Shown here piece after piece: positions 46,330-58,055 of a stretch of 64,000 nt of DNA. The stretch is from positions 95,542,001 to 95,606,000 of the forward strand of contig CM097883.1 of assembly GCA_044892505.1 (NCBI GenBank), in the 5' to 3' direction. The position numbers were made by a program, and so were the translations under genes. The notes beneath the pieces are model-generated. The model saw nothing but the letters and a program-made list of their open reading frames with translations. It searched no databases and was not told the origin of the DNA. This stretch comes from Schmidtea nova (Eukaryota). The stretch's first letter is position 1. Every line of letters starts with the position of its first letter.

Positions 46330-47376
46330 TAAAATTTTAAAAATGTTATATTGTAACAGAATTTCAGAAGCTGACAAAGTAAAAATCGTGAATGCCATGG
46401 AAAATGGGGAGGATTATTTTCAATTTGGTAGACTGTTAGGAATTACTAAAAACACAATAAAAGCAATAGTAGTTAAGTATAAAAAATTTGGCTTTATACC
46501 AAAAGGGAAAATCGGAGGCAGCAAATCAAAGATTTCCGAAGAAAATGGAAACGAACTGTTAGATTATGTAGAAAAAAAATTATTTTTCAAATCTAACAGA
46601 AATAGAAAATTACTTAAATACACAAAACTGTTCGATTTTTGAAAAATAGTCCAAAATGATGCAAAAAAATAGATATCTCTGGAGATTAATGTTAATAATG
46701 TAATAAAATAATAAATTTTACTTTAGTTACTTACTTTATGTGAATATTAATCCATTAAATTGTTGGCAAAATGCTAAAAAAGTCATATTTAAATGATAAA
46801 ATTAAGTAAATTTCTTACTTAATACAAAGAAAATTCTTGAGAAATCATGAATACGCACACCAACTAGCATTATAGAGGATGCTAGTCATCGTTATACGGT
46901 GTATTAAAAAATTTAATAAAAAATCTTTTTGGAAATGCAGAAATAGAAGCTACAATGTCTCAAACGACCGAAACTGTAGAAAGAAAACATCGAAAAACGT
47001 AAAACAAATTTGAATTTTAAATTTTTAACTTAAACTTTTTTAGATATTTTGAACATGACAAAAAATTACTAATAGAAGTAATGAAACGGGATGAAAATTA
47101 TGAAGAATTTAACCTGGCAAATGGGTTTTGAACCTAAAACTATTAAAACATAGTGTGGAGGTGGAAAAACTGGCCTTCTTACAACAGGGAAGAGGCAGAA
47201 AACATGTCAGCCTTATAACTGAAGAAAATGGAACACAATTATTAGATTTTGTGGACCACTATTATTCGGCTACTTTGGAAGAAATGAAAAGCTTCCTGGA
47301 TACAATTCGCTGCAATGTATTCACAAAAACAATATCCAGATTTTTAAAAGGTAAGCTGATTATAAAATTCGTATGA
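46330..47376 (+). pseudogene. Two Tc1/IS630-like transposase N-terminal HTH fragments
   Basis: KVKIVNAMENG...LLGITKNTIKAIVVKYKKFG...GGSKSKISEENGNELLDYVE (46330-46600) and GRKHVSLITEENGTQLLDFVDHYYSATLEEM...TISRFL (47150-47370). Confidence 0.6.
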
Positions 47377-48629
47377 AATTAGTAAAAAGATTGGTGAAGG
47401 AAGAATTAGAAAAAGGACCTTCTTTTCAGTTGAAAAATTATTATGATCATATTAAAAGGTTCTTCCCAAAGTCTTTATTCAAAGAGGAAATCTCAGGGAA
47501 TTTGTAAATAAACAAATGTAATTTTATTGCCGAATAAAATTATAATACCTTAACTTTTCAATAATTCAAAAATATCTAAAAAAATATATTTATAAAATAA
47601 TTAGATACTTAACTTAAAATATTAAAAAAATATGTAATTAAATTAAAATGTGTCAAAAAAGCTTTAAAATATGGTTAAATAAACATAATAAATAATAATT
47701 ACTTAACAATTGCATGTAATAAGTGTCTTTATGGCCCTTAATTACAGACTGTAATATATAAATTTTTTACTGTATTGAAAACAACCAATCAGGCTGCGAG
47801 ATGAAATTTTCCAAACGATGTTCAAAATATTTATTCAATATAAAATCTTCATATAGTATTTATTATTGAAACCATTTTATTTATGTTTATCTAAAACGGG
47901 GGTTTACCGAAAATAAATTACTGAAACAATTTAAAATTCTTAATGCACATATAGATTTAAAATAGGTGAAAGAAAAATTTAGTGCAGTAAAAATTATTCA
48001 AACTGGCTACATCACAACCGTTGCCAGTTGCTATAGCTTCAATGGGAAATTCGAAACTTTAGAAATGAAATTTTAATTTAAAATTTTAATATAATTCTAT
48101 GATATAAATCAGTGGCGTAGCCAGGATTTGTTAAACGAGTAGGCTTACTTTAAGTACAACCCAGAGACATCAGTGGTGGGACTTCAAATATTGCACGGGG
48201 GTATTTTGCGGGCCTCAAAAAGGGCGCTACGCCTTACAGAGCCGCGGCGGCATTGTAGTTTTGAACCTCAAAACCCATACAAAAACACTAAACCCGTTAA
48301 ACCGGAGAAATTGTTTCAAAAACCGGAGATTGGAGTACAAAACTCGGAGACTCCAAGTGAAAACCGGAGATCTGGTCACCCTAGGTTGGCTAAAATTTTG
48401 TTTTTTTAAGTAATACACTTTTCAAAAAAACTACCACAAAAATAAGACGATTTCACAAAAAATCACAAAAAATTTAAAGAATCAAAAAGGTTTAAAAAAA
48501 TATAAACTACAGAAAAATAACATAAATATAATACAAAATATTTAATAATGAAAAAGAGTAAATATTTAAAAATATTTGTAAATCGTAAGAAGTTTATAAA
48601 ATTATAATATTTCTTCAACTTTTACCATT

Positions 48630-51600
48630 GGCATTAGTAGTATATTTGTCCAATAACTCATCATCGCTAATATGTATGTCCCGATGGGTTGCCATTAGAG
48701 CTAATCCTACCAGACGGTTTTCTGACATATTATTTCTTAAATAACTTTTCAGATGTCGAAGAGTGGAGAAGGTTTTTTCAACTGAAGCTGTAGAAAGTGC
48801 TTAGATATTTGGGAACAAGTTCTGATCACAGAGAACTAAACTTTCTATGGTAGTTGTTGGTAAATGTTCTTATCTGAACTCTATTTCATCTTACACAGCT
48901 GATATTCCTGGGTAATCTCTTCGGGTAGTCCTGGTAAATCATCTTCATAAAATTCCGCGGTGATGAAATATTGCATTCTGCATGTTTTATAGCATAAAGA
49001 GGAATAAGAGCCTGCAATGAAACTATAGACTCTTCATGAGTTAGAAACCTTTCGGTTAGTGAAGCAATAAAATAGTCAATATATTTAATGAATATTGATC
49101 TCCTATAATGCTCTTCAGAGGAATCAAATGGAACATTATTTTTATTTCTTTGATTATTGCACACACGTGGAACCGACTCATGTGCATCAATTCGTTAAGC
49201 GACAAGTTTTACTTTCTCATAAATAATCTTGAAGGTAGTTTCGGCATTTTCTCTCATTTCTTTCAGAGCGTTAATAATGTTGCGAATTTGCATTACAGCA
49301 AATTACTAGGTCGATTTCTTTCTTTTGTAAATACTGGGAGATGTTGTAAGTTAGTGCAAGTAATTTGCTGACAGTAGAAATAGAAACTAGATAAAGAAAC
49401 GTGCGTATACTATTTAACAATAAATTGGCTTTCTTCGACAATTCCGAACTATGATCCATTTTGATTCTTTCAAGAGAAGAAAAAATCAGCTCAATAAAAT
49501 CTTTGAATAATGGAACTATTTCATGTCGCAGTACCCAGCGAGTTTCACATAAAGATTTTATTCGAGTTACATTTAAATTGGGCATCATTTCGTGAATTGT
49601 ATTTTTAAGAACAGCTCTAAACTTGGCAGATAAGTGAAAAAATGCGCTAACTTCCGAAAAAACACTAAATGAATTTCGAATTTCCGGGACAACTGAAGAA
49701 TCAGATAAACAGAGATTTAGATATGTGCCACACAGTGCGTATATAAAACTTTTGGGTATTTTTCTTTTAAAACCACTTGAACGCCGCGAAATTGTCCACA
49801 CATAGCTTCTGCTCCATTGTAACATTGTCCTCGAAGGAGTTTTAAATTAAATCCCATATTTTTTAATGTTCGTTCTATAGTATCTGCGAACCAAATACCA
49901 GCCAAATCGGTTACTGGTACAGAAGTTAGGAAATCTTCACGCAACCTTGTATTTTAATCAACGTAACAAACACACAGAGAAAACTGTTCGACTTGGTAAA
50001 AATCATTAGTTTCATCTGCCAATATTGAAAAAAAATCTTAATTGTTAACTTTACGCACAATTTCCGATTGTATTAATTCATCAAACATGTTATTTAAATC
50101 ATTTTGTACTTCTGGATTGGTATACATTGCATTACTGGCACTAGTTCTTAAATGTTCCTCTAAAAGTACGTCACCACAGGTGGCTTGATAACGCAGAATA
50201 GAACGAAAATTACCATCATTTTCAATTGGTTCAGTAAGAGATATCCTTCCAGAATCCTGATGTCCTCGAAATGCCATAGTTTGTATGCCACATAATCTTA
50301 ATGTTTGTATGATTGCCGTAAACCTTTTTTCTATTTTCGATGATTAGTTCCTTACGTTTTGAATTGAGCTGATTGATTATTGTTTCCTGCTTTTTGGTAA
50401 TAATGTTGAGGTTCCAAGAATCTCAACTTGATGAGCCTATATAAATAAATAAGCCAAACACTGGTTCTTTTAAAACTTTTATTTTGATCTAATACAAATT
50501 ACAATTAAATAAGTACCAATTACCTCAAAATAAAAAAATATATAAATTTCGATTTATATTTTATATATGTATATATGCGTGTGTGTATGTGTGAATGTTT
50601 GCAGCTTCCTGAGCTCGGATGTGTAAATAGGTATGCTCAAATTATATTGCAATATCAACTACTGAATTTGCAATTCTTCTTTAAAGCTTTTGATTTTTGG
50701 GTGCTTTGACTAAAAATCAGTCCGCATATATAGTAAAATTTGTGGCACCCCTTAATTTGTATGTCAACATATTTTTATTTGCCCATTGTGCTGTTTACTC
50801 AGCGAAATTTCCATTATTTTCTTTAAAGTATAATACGTAGTTACTATTTTTGGTATCATCCCTTTTCCCAGCATCCCTGAGGTTAAGAGTTTGGTTCTCT
50901 ACACTTAATTGATACTTCTACATCATAAGTTATACTAATTTTCATATACATTAACTTTAATTGTCTTTTATCAATATTATAATTCTTTGTTTTAATTATC
51001 ACATTTTGATTTTAATTATTTATTATTATATACCTTATAAAAATCTGTATTATTTTATTATTATATGTTGATTCGGTCAGCTTTTATAAATTTGTAAAGA
51101 AAATACAGATAAATTTTGCTTTTGGAAATTTATTTGATGATTTATTTATTTAAAATTTTAAGTAAAATCAATTATCCTTGCGCATATTTTATTTATTAAA
51201 AAATTATAAAGTTAGTGATAATTAAAATATATTTAGAAATATTTAGAAATGTTAACACAAATAATTAATTATTTAATTAAAAAATATGTAAATTATTAAA
51301 ATTAAAATTTTTCACTTTTTAGTGCTTTTGTTAATAAGCACTTAGTGCTTTGTTATTTTCCTTTTTGGCACTAAGTGCTTATTTGTTTGCTTTATTTTTT
51401 GCACAAATTGTGCATTTTCTTTCTTGAGCACTAAGTGCTCGTTTGTTGACTTAAAGTCAACAATNNNNNNNNNNNNNNNNNNNNNNNNNNNNNNNNNNNN
51501 NNNNNNNNNNNNNNNNNNNNNNNNNNNNNNNNNNNNNNNNNNNNNNNNNNNNNNNNNNNNNNNNNNNNNNNNNNNNNNNNNNNNNNNNNNNNNNNNNNNN

Positions 51601-52897
51601 NNNNNNNNNNNNNNNNNNNNNNNNNNNNNNNNNNNNNNNNNNNNNNNNNNNNNNNNNNNNNNNNNNNNNNNNNNNNNNNNNNNNNNNNNNNNNNNNNNNN
51701 NNNNNNNNNNNNNTTATGATGATAAAAATGATGATAGAAATTATAATAAAAATAATAATACCAATATTTGCCACAACAATAATAATAATAGAAATAATCA
51801 TAATAATGACATATCTCGTGTAAATACCATTTATTTATCATTTATCAACATAGTATTACTGGTTGATGATAGTAATGCTAATAACAATAATAACGATAAT
51901 AAAGCAATAATAACAAATAACAACAATTAGAAGACTAACAAAAATTTTTATGTAATATAAAAAAGGGAGTTGTTTTTAAGGGTTGTCCTTTTGTTTGAAT
52001 TTGACTAACAATTTATCATAAATCGATATCAATAAAATTTATTGTTCACCGACACAAAAATAAAAAATCCCAAAAATTATTTATAATCAATAAATTATAA
52101 TTAATCAAATCAAATTGTCATCATCAATATATTCATAATTGTCATGATCAATATAAATCACAAAATTGTCATCATCATAGTTATCATGAATATTGTCAGC
52201 GTCGAATTTTTCTGTAGATTATATTTATTTCTGGATATGTATATTTATTCTGTATCTATCTGCCTCTATTGTGTAATATTTTAATTTAAAAACTTTTAGC
52301 ATTCGCCCATCTTTTAACAATAATATTAGTTAAAATATTAGCGGTAATCAATGAATGCTTATGATATTTGGTATTTTCATGATTTTTAAATATTTTAATA
52401 GCGTTCTTATTCATAATAGCTGTAAATGGTTTAATTACCAACGCACCAAGTTCAAAGGAAGGAGTAAGTGGACGAAATAAAACACAATGTCTACAAAATG
52501 CTCCTTCTTTCATTGCTAAATAACTCAGCCATTTATAGATTTCCGTCCACTTAAGTTGAAAATTTTGCTTCTAAGGACCATCCTGTACGACGGGAAATTT
52601 ATATTTTTTAGAAGGTACCCAAACGTGATTAAGTAAGTTAATTATTTCTTCGTCGTTTAATGAGGTTCGCTTTTTATCATCTATATATAATCCGATGTCT
52701 ATATTATCAACAAGAACAATATTCTCATTACGAATTAAATTAACTTCGGTTGTATTATAAGTACTAGTCAAACCTAGATCGGTATTTAGGTTTGTATCGG
52801 TTACTGATTCGGAAACAGAGGAAGCGCCATCTTCTTTCGAACGTTTAAAGAAGTTCTTAATATCATTTAGTTTGTCCTTATTCTTTATTCTTTTCAT
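48630..52897 (-). pseudogene. hAT transposase pseudogene (TTF zinc finger, DUF4371-like, DDE core, hATC dimerisation), interrupted at ~50420-52300
   Basis: WLSY...GAFCRHC...FKNHENTKYH; AFRGHQDSG...DGNFRSIL; ADET; LRGQCYNGAEAM; YTHCVAH; LCETRW; RLVGLALM. Several stops and frameshifts. Confidence 0.9.
51465..51713. other. Assembly gap (N run), followed by AAT-rich microsatellite sequence
   Basis: 249 N. Confidence 1.
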
Positions 52898-53399
52898 AAT
52901 TTGAATTATGAACTACAAACAAGATCAATTTTTATTCATTATAAAATAAATAAAAATATAAATTTATTAAACTTACGATTAACGAATTATCAACAAAACT
53001 GTAACAGTACAATACAGCCAATTCTCATCAAAGCGCAACACACAATCAAATCAGAATAAAACATTATCTACTGACTACTGACTGATGACTGACTACCATC
53101 CACTAAAACACAATTAATATTGTGCATTTCTGCAATACCAATAATACAATTTTTTGAATCAACCTCCTTTTAATTATTCCTGTTTTTATTTTTAAATTTA
53201 TTTTTAATTTTAAAAATTTAAAAACGAGGTTTTGAAATCGAGGGGAGTAGGCTGCAGTCTACCAACCTACTCACTGGCTATGCCTATAGTATAAATTGAG
53301 TATTTTATTTCAATAAAACCCATATTCAAATAATTATTTTTATTAAATTTAAAAATTGGATTAAAATCTGATTAATCATAGGAATGAAAGTCGTTCAGA

Positions 53400-55510
53400 T
53401 TGAAATCATAGAAGTAGAACCTCCCCTAAAATACGCGGGGTATAGTGAAAATTGGGCCTGAGTTGAGCAGTGATTGCTCTGATTGTTAAAAGATTGATAT
53501 GCGTGAATAAGTCCTTGGAAGGTGTTTGATAAAAATTATCATTTATGCCTTATTTTTTAACAGAAAATGGAAGCCAAAATGAACCTGATGATGGCACAGA
53601 TGACAGAAATGAATAGAAACATCAGGCTACTGTTGATCCTCCTTTCCGAGATAGAGGAGGAAATGAGAATTCTCTGGGACAAGTTTTGGACCATGACAGA
53701 ACGCATGAAGAAATTTCACTTTCGGTGACGAAAGCTTGAAGCTACATGGACAAATGTTGAAGGCACCTAGAAGATGCGAAAACAGATAAAGTTGCTGAAC
53801 GAGCAGGCAGCTGAAGATGCGCTCCAGGTGTGGCATTGAAGCTGAATATCCGAAATCATGATGCCAAGATTACTCAGATGAAGATAGATGCCGTAATCGT
53901 GTCGGCGATGCAGCTTCCGAAAACCGGACTTCCTGCTTTGGAATTGTTTTCAGTGCGGATAGAGGAATCTGCAGTTCCATCTCAACCACATGGAAATCCA
54001 GAAATCGATCGCCTAAAGAAATGGCGACCCAGCAAAGAAGTTTGCACCCACCAGAAGCGGCGACAAGAAGCTTAACTCCTGGGACAACTGCTAAAAGTCT
54101 TGGTGGAGACTATCTATTTGTGTATTACGGACTAAGATTATGATTTTTATTGTTAATTTATGATATTTATATGTTCGTTGTTTATCGAAATTTTAATTAT
54201 ATGAATTGTAATCGCTTAAATTTTACCAGTTTGAATGGATCGATTGTCTGATATCGAGATTGATGGGTCAAAATAAAATAAAATTAGTAAAAAAACATCT
54301 ATTAAATCAACAAACCATTTTTGCTAGAATTTTCTTTCAATTAGTCGGCTTAGTAAGAACATAGAATAGATTATCAGGCAAACTGTTGTTACGCGATTTT
54401 CTTTTATATTATCACTGAAAACTTCAATGAATATCCGTAGATTAATTGCTGAATAGGGGAAAAATGGGCACTAAACCTTCTATCGGTAGCCCTTGAACCT
54501 ACGGAGATGTTTGGTCAATCATAGTTTCGATTTTCGACGCTTACTGTTTACGGACATAAACACATCATAGAACTTTTGTGAGGATTTCCATGGAAACCGA
54601 AGGATGATCGCCAGTCATACTGGAAAAGGAAAAACAAGTTGAGCAAGAACCGAAAACTTCGCTGGCGTCGTAAACTTTATGAATATAGACGAATGGAACA
54701 GATGCAGAAGGCGTATTAGTTCATCAGTGAAGGAGAAGTTCTGTTTGATACTTAAAGAACAGACAATGAAGAAGAAATGCTGGTACTTCATTTTCTTTCT
54801 TTATTTGTTTTTTATTTAATAAACGTTTTGCCATGAGTGTCTTTAATTTTGTTTTCATTGCAATAATAAAGATAAGGCAAATTAATAAGTAAGTTTTGAT
54901 TAAAATCAAAACAGTAAAATATAGAAACATTCGAAGAAAGAAGAGATTATATTATTTAAAATTTAAATGAATAATTGCAAATCAACCAAAATAGGAGAAA
55001 CAATTAATTAACTTAGATACGAAGCAGAACGGAGAACCAACAGTTTGCTGCAAAGATTCCAGAGGCTCAAACATACTGGGTGCAGCCCAGGCAGAGTGAA
55101 GAAAGCACACCACAAATAAAAGTGCTTAAAGAAAAAATGGCACAGCAAATGGAAGAAATTCAAGCATTTAAAGTAAGGCTCAGTGGGCAGACGTATGCAG
55201 GAAAAAACGATGGTACATCTGGCAATCATAAAAGCTATAAAGCCAATAATTTATGGCAGAAATGAATTATTCACGAGCGATGATCAGTTCGTTCAAACAG
55301 GAACACCACAGAACAAGCCAGAAAATTAACCAACCCAGAAAGCTTAAGAAGAAGACGTCAACTAAAGATGATGGCTTGTATAGTTAAGCATATTAGTGTG
55401 TAAAGAAAAGTTCGTGTTAAATGTGTTAGAAAAATAAAACTTTCTTGAATTTCATTCTGATTTCGTTATTATAAAATTTTGGTTTTGTTTGATTGATTCA
55501 CAAATTGTAA
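53400..55510 (+). mobile_element. Long LTR-like segment with degenerate coiled-coil ORFs
   Basis: Acceptor ttttttaacag then MEAKMNLMMAQMTEMNRN...; later KEKMAQQMEEIQAFK. Ends aataaaa...gattcaca, followed by a new tgtaag start near 55506. Confidence 0.35.
54474..54570 (-). other. Conserved structured motif, copy 4 (most diverged)
   Basis: Minus strand reads cagtaagcg...aggttc...ctaccgatagaaggt; the last 15 nt are identical to copy 2. Confidence 0.5.
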
Positions 55511-55699
55511 GCGCAGAGAGGATCTAGGATGGTTTAAAGGATTAAGTTGAGGAGGAATGAAAACAACATGTAAAGGAAAATAAGATTAGAATTAAATGGT
55601 TTCGATTTAGATAAAATTATGATATAATCTTTCGAAAGCCATAATAAATAAAGGAGAAATTAGAAGCATAGTGATTGGGCCAGATTAAAGAGTATCAAT

Positions 55700-55795
55700 A
55701 ACCTTCTATCAGTGGAACCTGAACCCAATGAATGCTCGTGCATTAGCAGTCGCGGAGACGCAGCTCACCTTTTACAAGCATATTCAACCACTTGG
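55700..55795 (-). other. Conserved structured motif, copy 3
   Basis: Minus strand reads gtggttgaatatgcttgt...aggtgagc...acgagcattcattgggttc...ccactgatagaaggtt. Confidence 0.6.
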
Positions 55796-56446
55796 CACAG
55801 TACCAGCGTTGCCAAGTAACGGGTGCCTATAAAGGTTTTAGTTATTTTCATGTCGGGATATATAGGTTAAGGGTGAAATTAAGAAAGTCATATATTAGAG
55901 TAAAAGTGTAACCACCTTAACTCAGCACTACACTTAAGCAGATAGATTTACAAAAAACAAAATTGGTGGAAAATCTAACCTTCATAAAGTGGTAGACAAG
56001 ATAAGAGTTAAGGACAAGGCAATTTGACGCATACCTGTTTTTGTCAAAGGAGATGAGATATTACTAAGGAAAGAACAATTGAAACGACACAATGAAGGAA
56101 TGTAAAGAAGATTCATACAAAATTTTCAAATTCTTTTCACCACATCAAGTTGAACTCCAATCTTAATATCTAACAAAAAAATAAAATTTCTGAAAAAATG
56201 CCAGCGATTTTAACCCTTTTGTTAATAGAAACGTATGCATGACTTAAAAGACGAAAAACTTAATGATGTGGCTTGCAAGTGCGTATATTACTGCAACCAT
56301 ATGAATACGTTGCTATATTTTTATAATAAACAAACTTATCAAAACCTGCAAAAGTTACTCAAAAATAGACTTCGTAACGAAAGAGTTAAGGGCATTGTGC
56401 GCATTTTTGATATATTCGACATTTTTTGTTTTTAATACAAATAAAG

Positions 56447-56760
56447 ATTATATTAATTAACAAATAAGTAACAAAATAAGACTTTGCTGCAAAATTAATT
56501 TTATTAAGTGAGAAAATTTTCGATTATAAAATAATCCTCGTCAATCTCTAATTTGGCAAATAACTGGTATCTTCATTCATTCTGTTGTTTCTTTTTTCGT
56601 GATTTCTTGCAAAAAGAAACAACAGAATGAATGAAGATACCAGTTATTAGCCAAATTAGAGATTGACGAGGATTATTTTATAATCGAAAATTTTCTCACT
56701 TATTAAAATTATTTTTGCAGCAAAGGCTTATTTTGTTACTTATTTGTTAATTAATTTAAT
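56447..56760. repeat. Near-perfect long palindrome (~150-bp arms, ~14-nt loop); foldback/MITE-like
   Basis: 56447-56596 is the reverse complement of 56611-56760 with only a few mismatches. Confidence 0.9.
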
Positions 56761-57178
56761 ACTTAATGCTGCTACCAAGGAATCATCATTTTAAATAAAG
56801 ATTATGTATGTTAAATGTTCTTTTCCAAATAAAGCTGATTTCATTTATATTAAATTATTTTGAACATTTTTCAAAATCTATATGATGGAATTTAAAAACT
56901 AATTTAATTGACCTTTAATTTTGTTTGACAACATCATCATGCATTGCAATACATTTGAAAATTTCTATTGAGTCAATTCAACTTTTGAAATTTTAAATAA
57001 TTCCTTTGAATGTAGTAAGTTTTCACAATGCTAATATAAAAGAGTATTATTTAATAATAAAATTCGTTCCATTTAACTTATAATTCCAATTACATAAAAC
57101 AAAATTACTGTTATCATTATTTTTTGGTTTCACCTTTAATCTTTTTTTTACTTCAATAATTTTTATATAAATTTTTGT

Positions 57179-57701
57179 NNNNNNNNNNNNNNNNNNNNNN
57201 NNNNNNNNNNNNNNNNNNNNNNNNNNNNNNNNNNNNNNNNNNNNNNNNNNNNNNNNNNNNNNNNNNNNNNNNNNNNNNNNNNNNNNNNNNNNNNNNNNNN
57301 NNNNNNNNNNNNNNNNNNNNNNNNNNNNNNNNNNNNNNNNNNNNNNNNNNNNNNNNNNNNNNNNNNNNNNNNNNNNNNNNNNNNNNNNNNNNNNNNNNNN
57401 NNNNNNNNNNNNNNNNNNNNNNNNNNNNNNNNNNNNNNNNNNNNNNNNNNNNNNNNNNNNNNNNNNNNNNNNNNNNNNNNNNNNNNNNNNNNNNNNNNNN
57501 NNNNNNNNNNNNNNNNNNNNNNNNNNNNNNNNNNNNNNNNNNNNNNNNNNNNNNNNNNNNNNNNNNNNNNNNNNNNNNNNNNNNNNNNNNNNNNNNNNNN
57601 NNNNNNNNNNNNNNNNNNNNNNNNNNNNNNNNNNNNNNNNNNNNNNNNNNNNNNNNNNNNNNNNNNNNNNNNNNNNNNNNNNNNNNNNNNNNNNNNNNNN
57701 N
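57179..57701. other. Assembly gap (N run)
   Basis: 523 N. Confidence 1.
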
Positions 57702-58055
57702 GACTATAGATCTAAATTTTTTTTCTTTTATTAGGTACACGGTATTTTTTCATTTGTGTATTTACTTGATAAAGGCTGTGCCGAAATATCGTGTTTCTAA
57801 TAAATAAATATTTTTTTTGATCTAGTATTTCAAAAATTACTGTAAGAAAATTATCTTAATTTTTTTATTAATTAATTCAATTAAGCAATTGGTTATTTGA
57901 ATTATAAACTTATTAATTTTGAATGTGCCAATTTACATTTTGACGAAGTTTTATATACATACTATTGTAAAATGAGGTGAATCAATTGACTAAATATATT
58001 TCAAAAAAATATTTGAAATTATTGAACATTTAGTTCTACAATTTATTGTCTATGT

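Larger units (their letters stand above)
48110..53288 (-). mobile_element. hAT DNA transposon (ZMYM1/THAP12-like transposase), full length but inactivated
   Basis: TIRs cagtggcgtagccag (48110) and ctggctatgcctata (ends 53288); 8-bp TSD atataaat/gtataaat. Confidence 0.85.

Noticed and set aside
51424-51930. ORFs spanning N-gaps (also 38524-38868 and 57153-57807)
   Set aside because: Artefacts of N runs and AAT microsatellite.
53584-53612. Hammerhead-like CTGATGA...GAAA
   Set aside because: Stem II is poorly paired with a non-canonical closing pair, no stems I/III or NUH site were found, and the sequence lies in a coding-like stretch.
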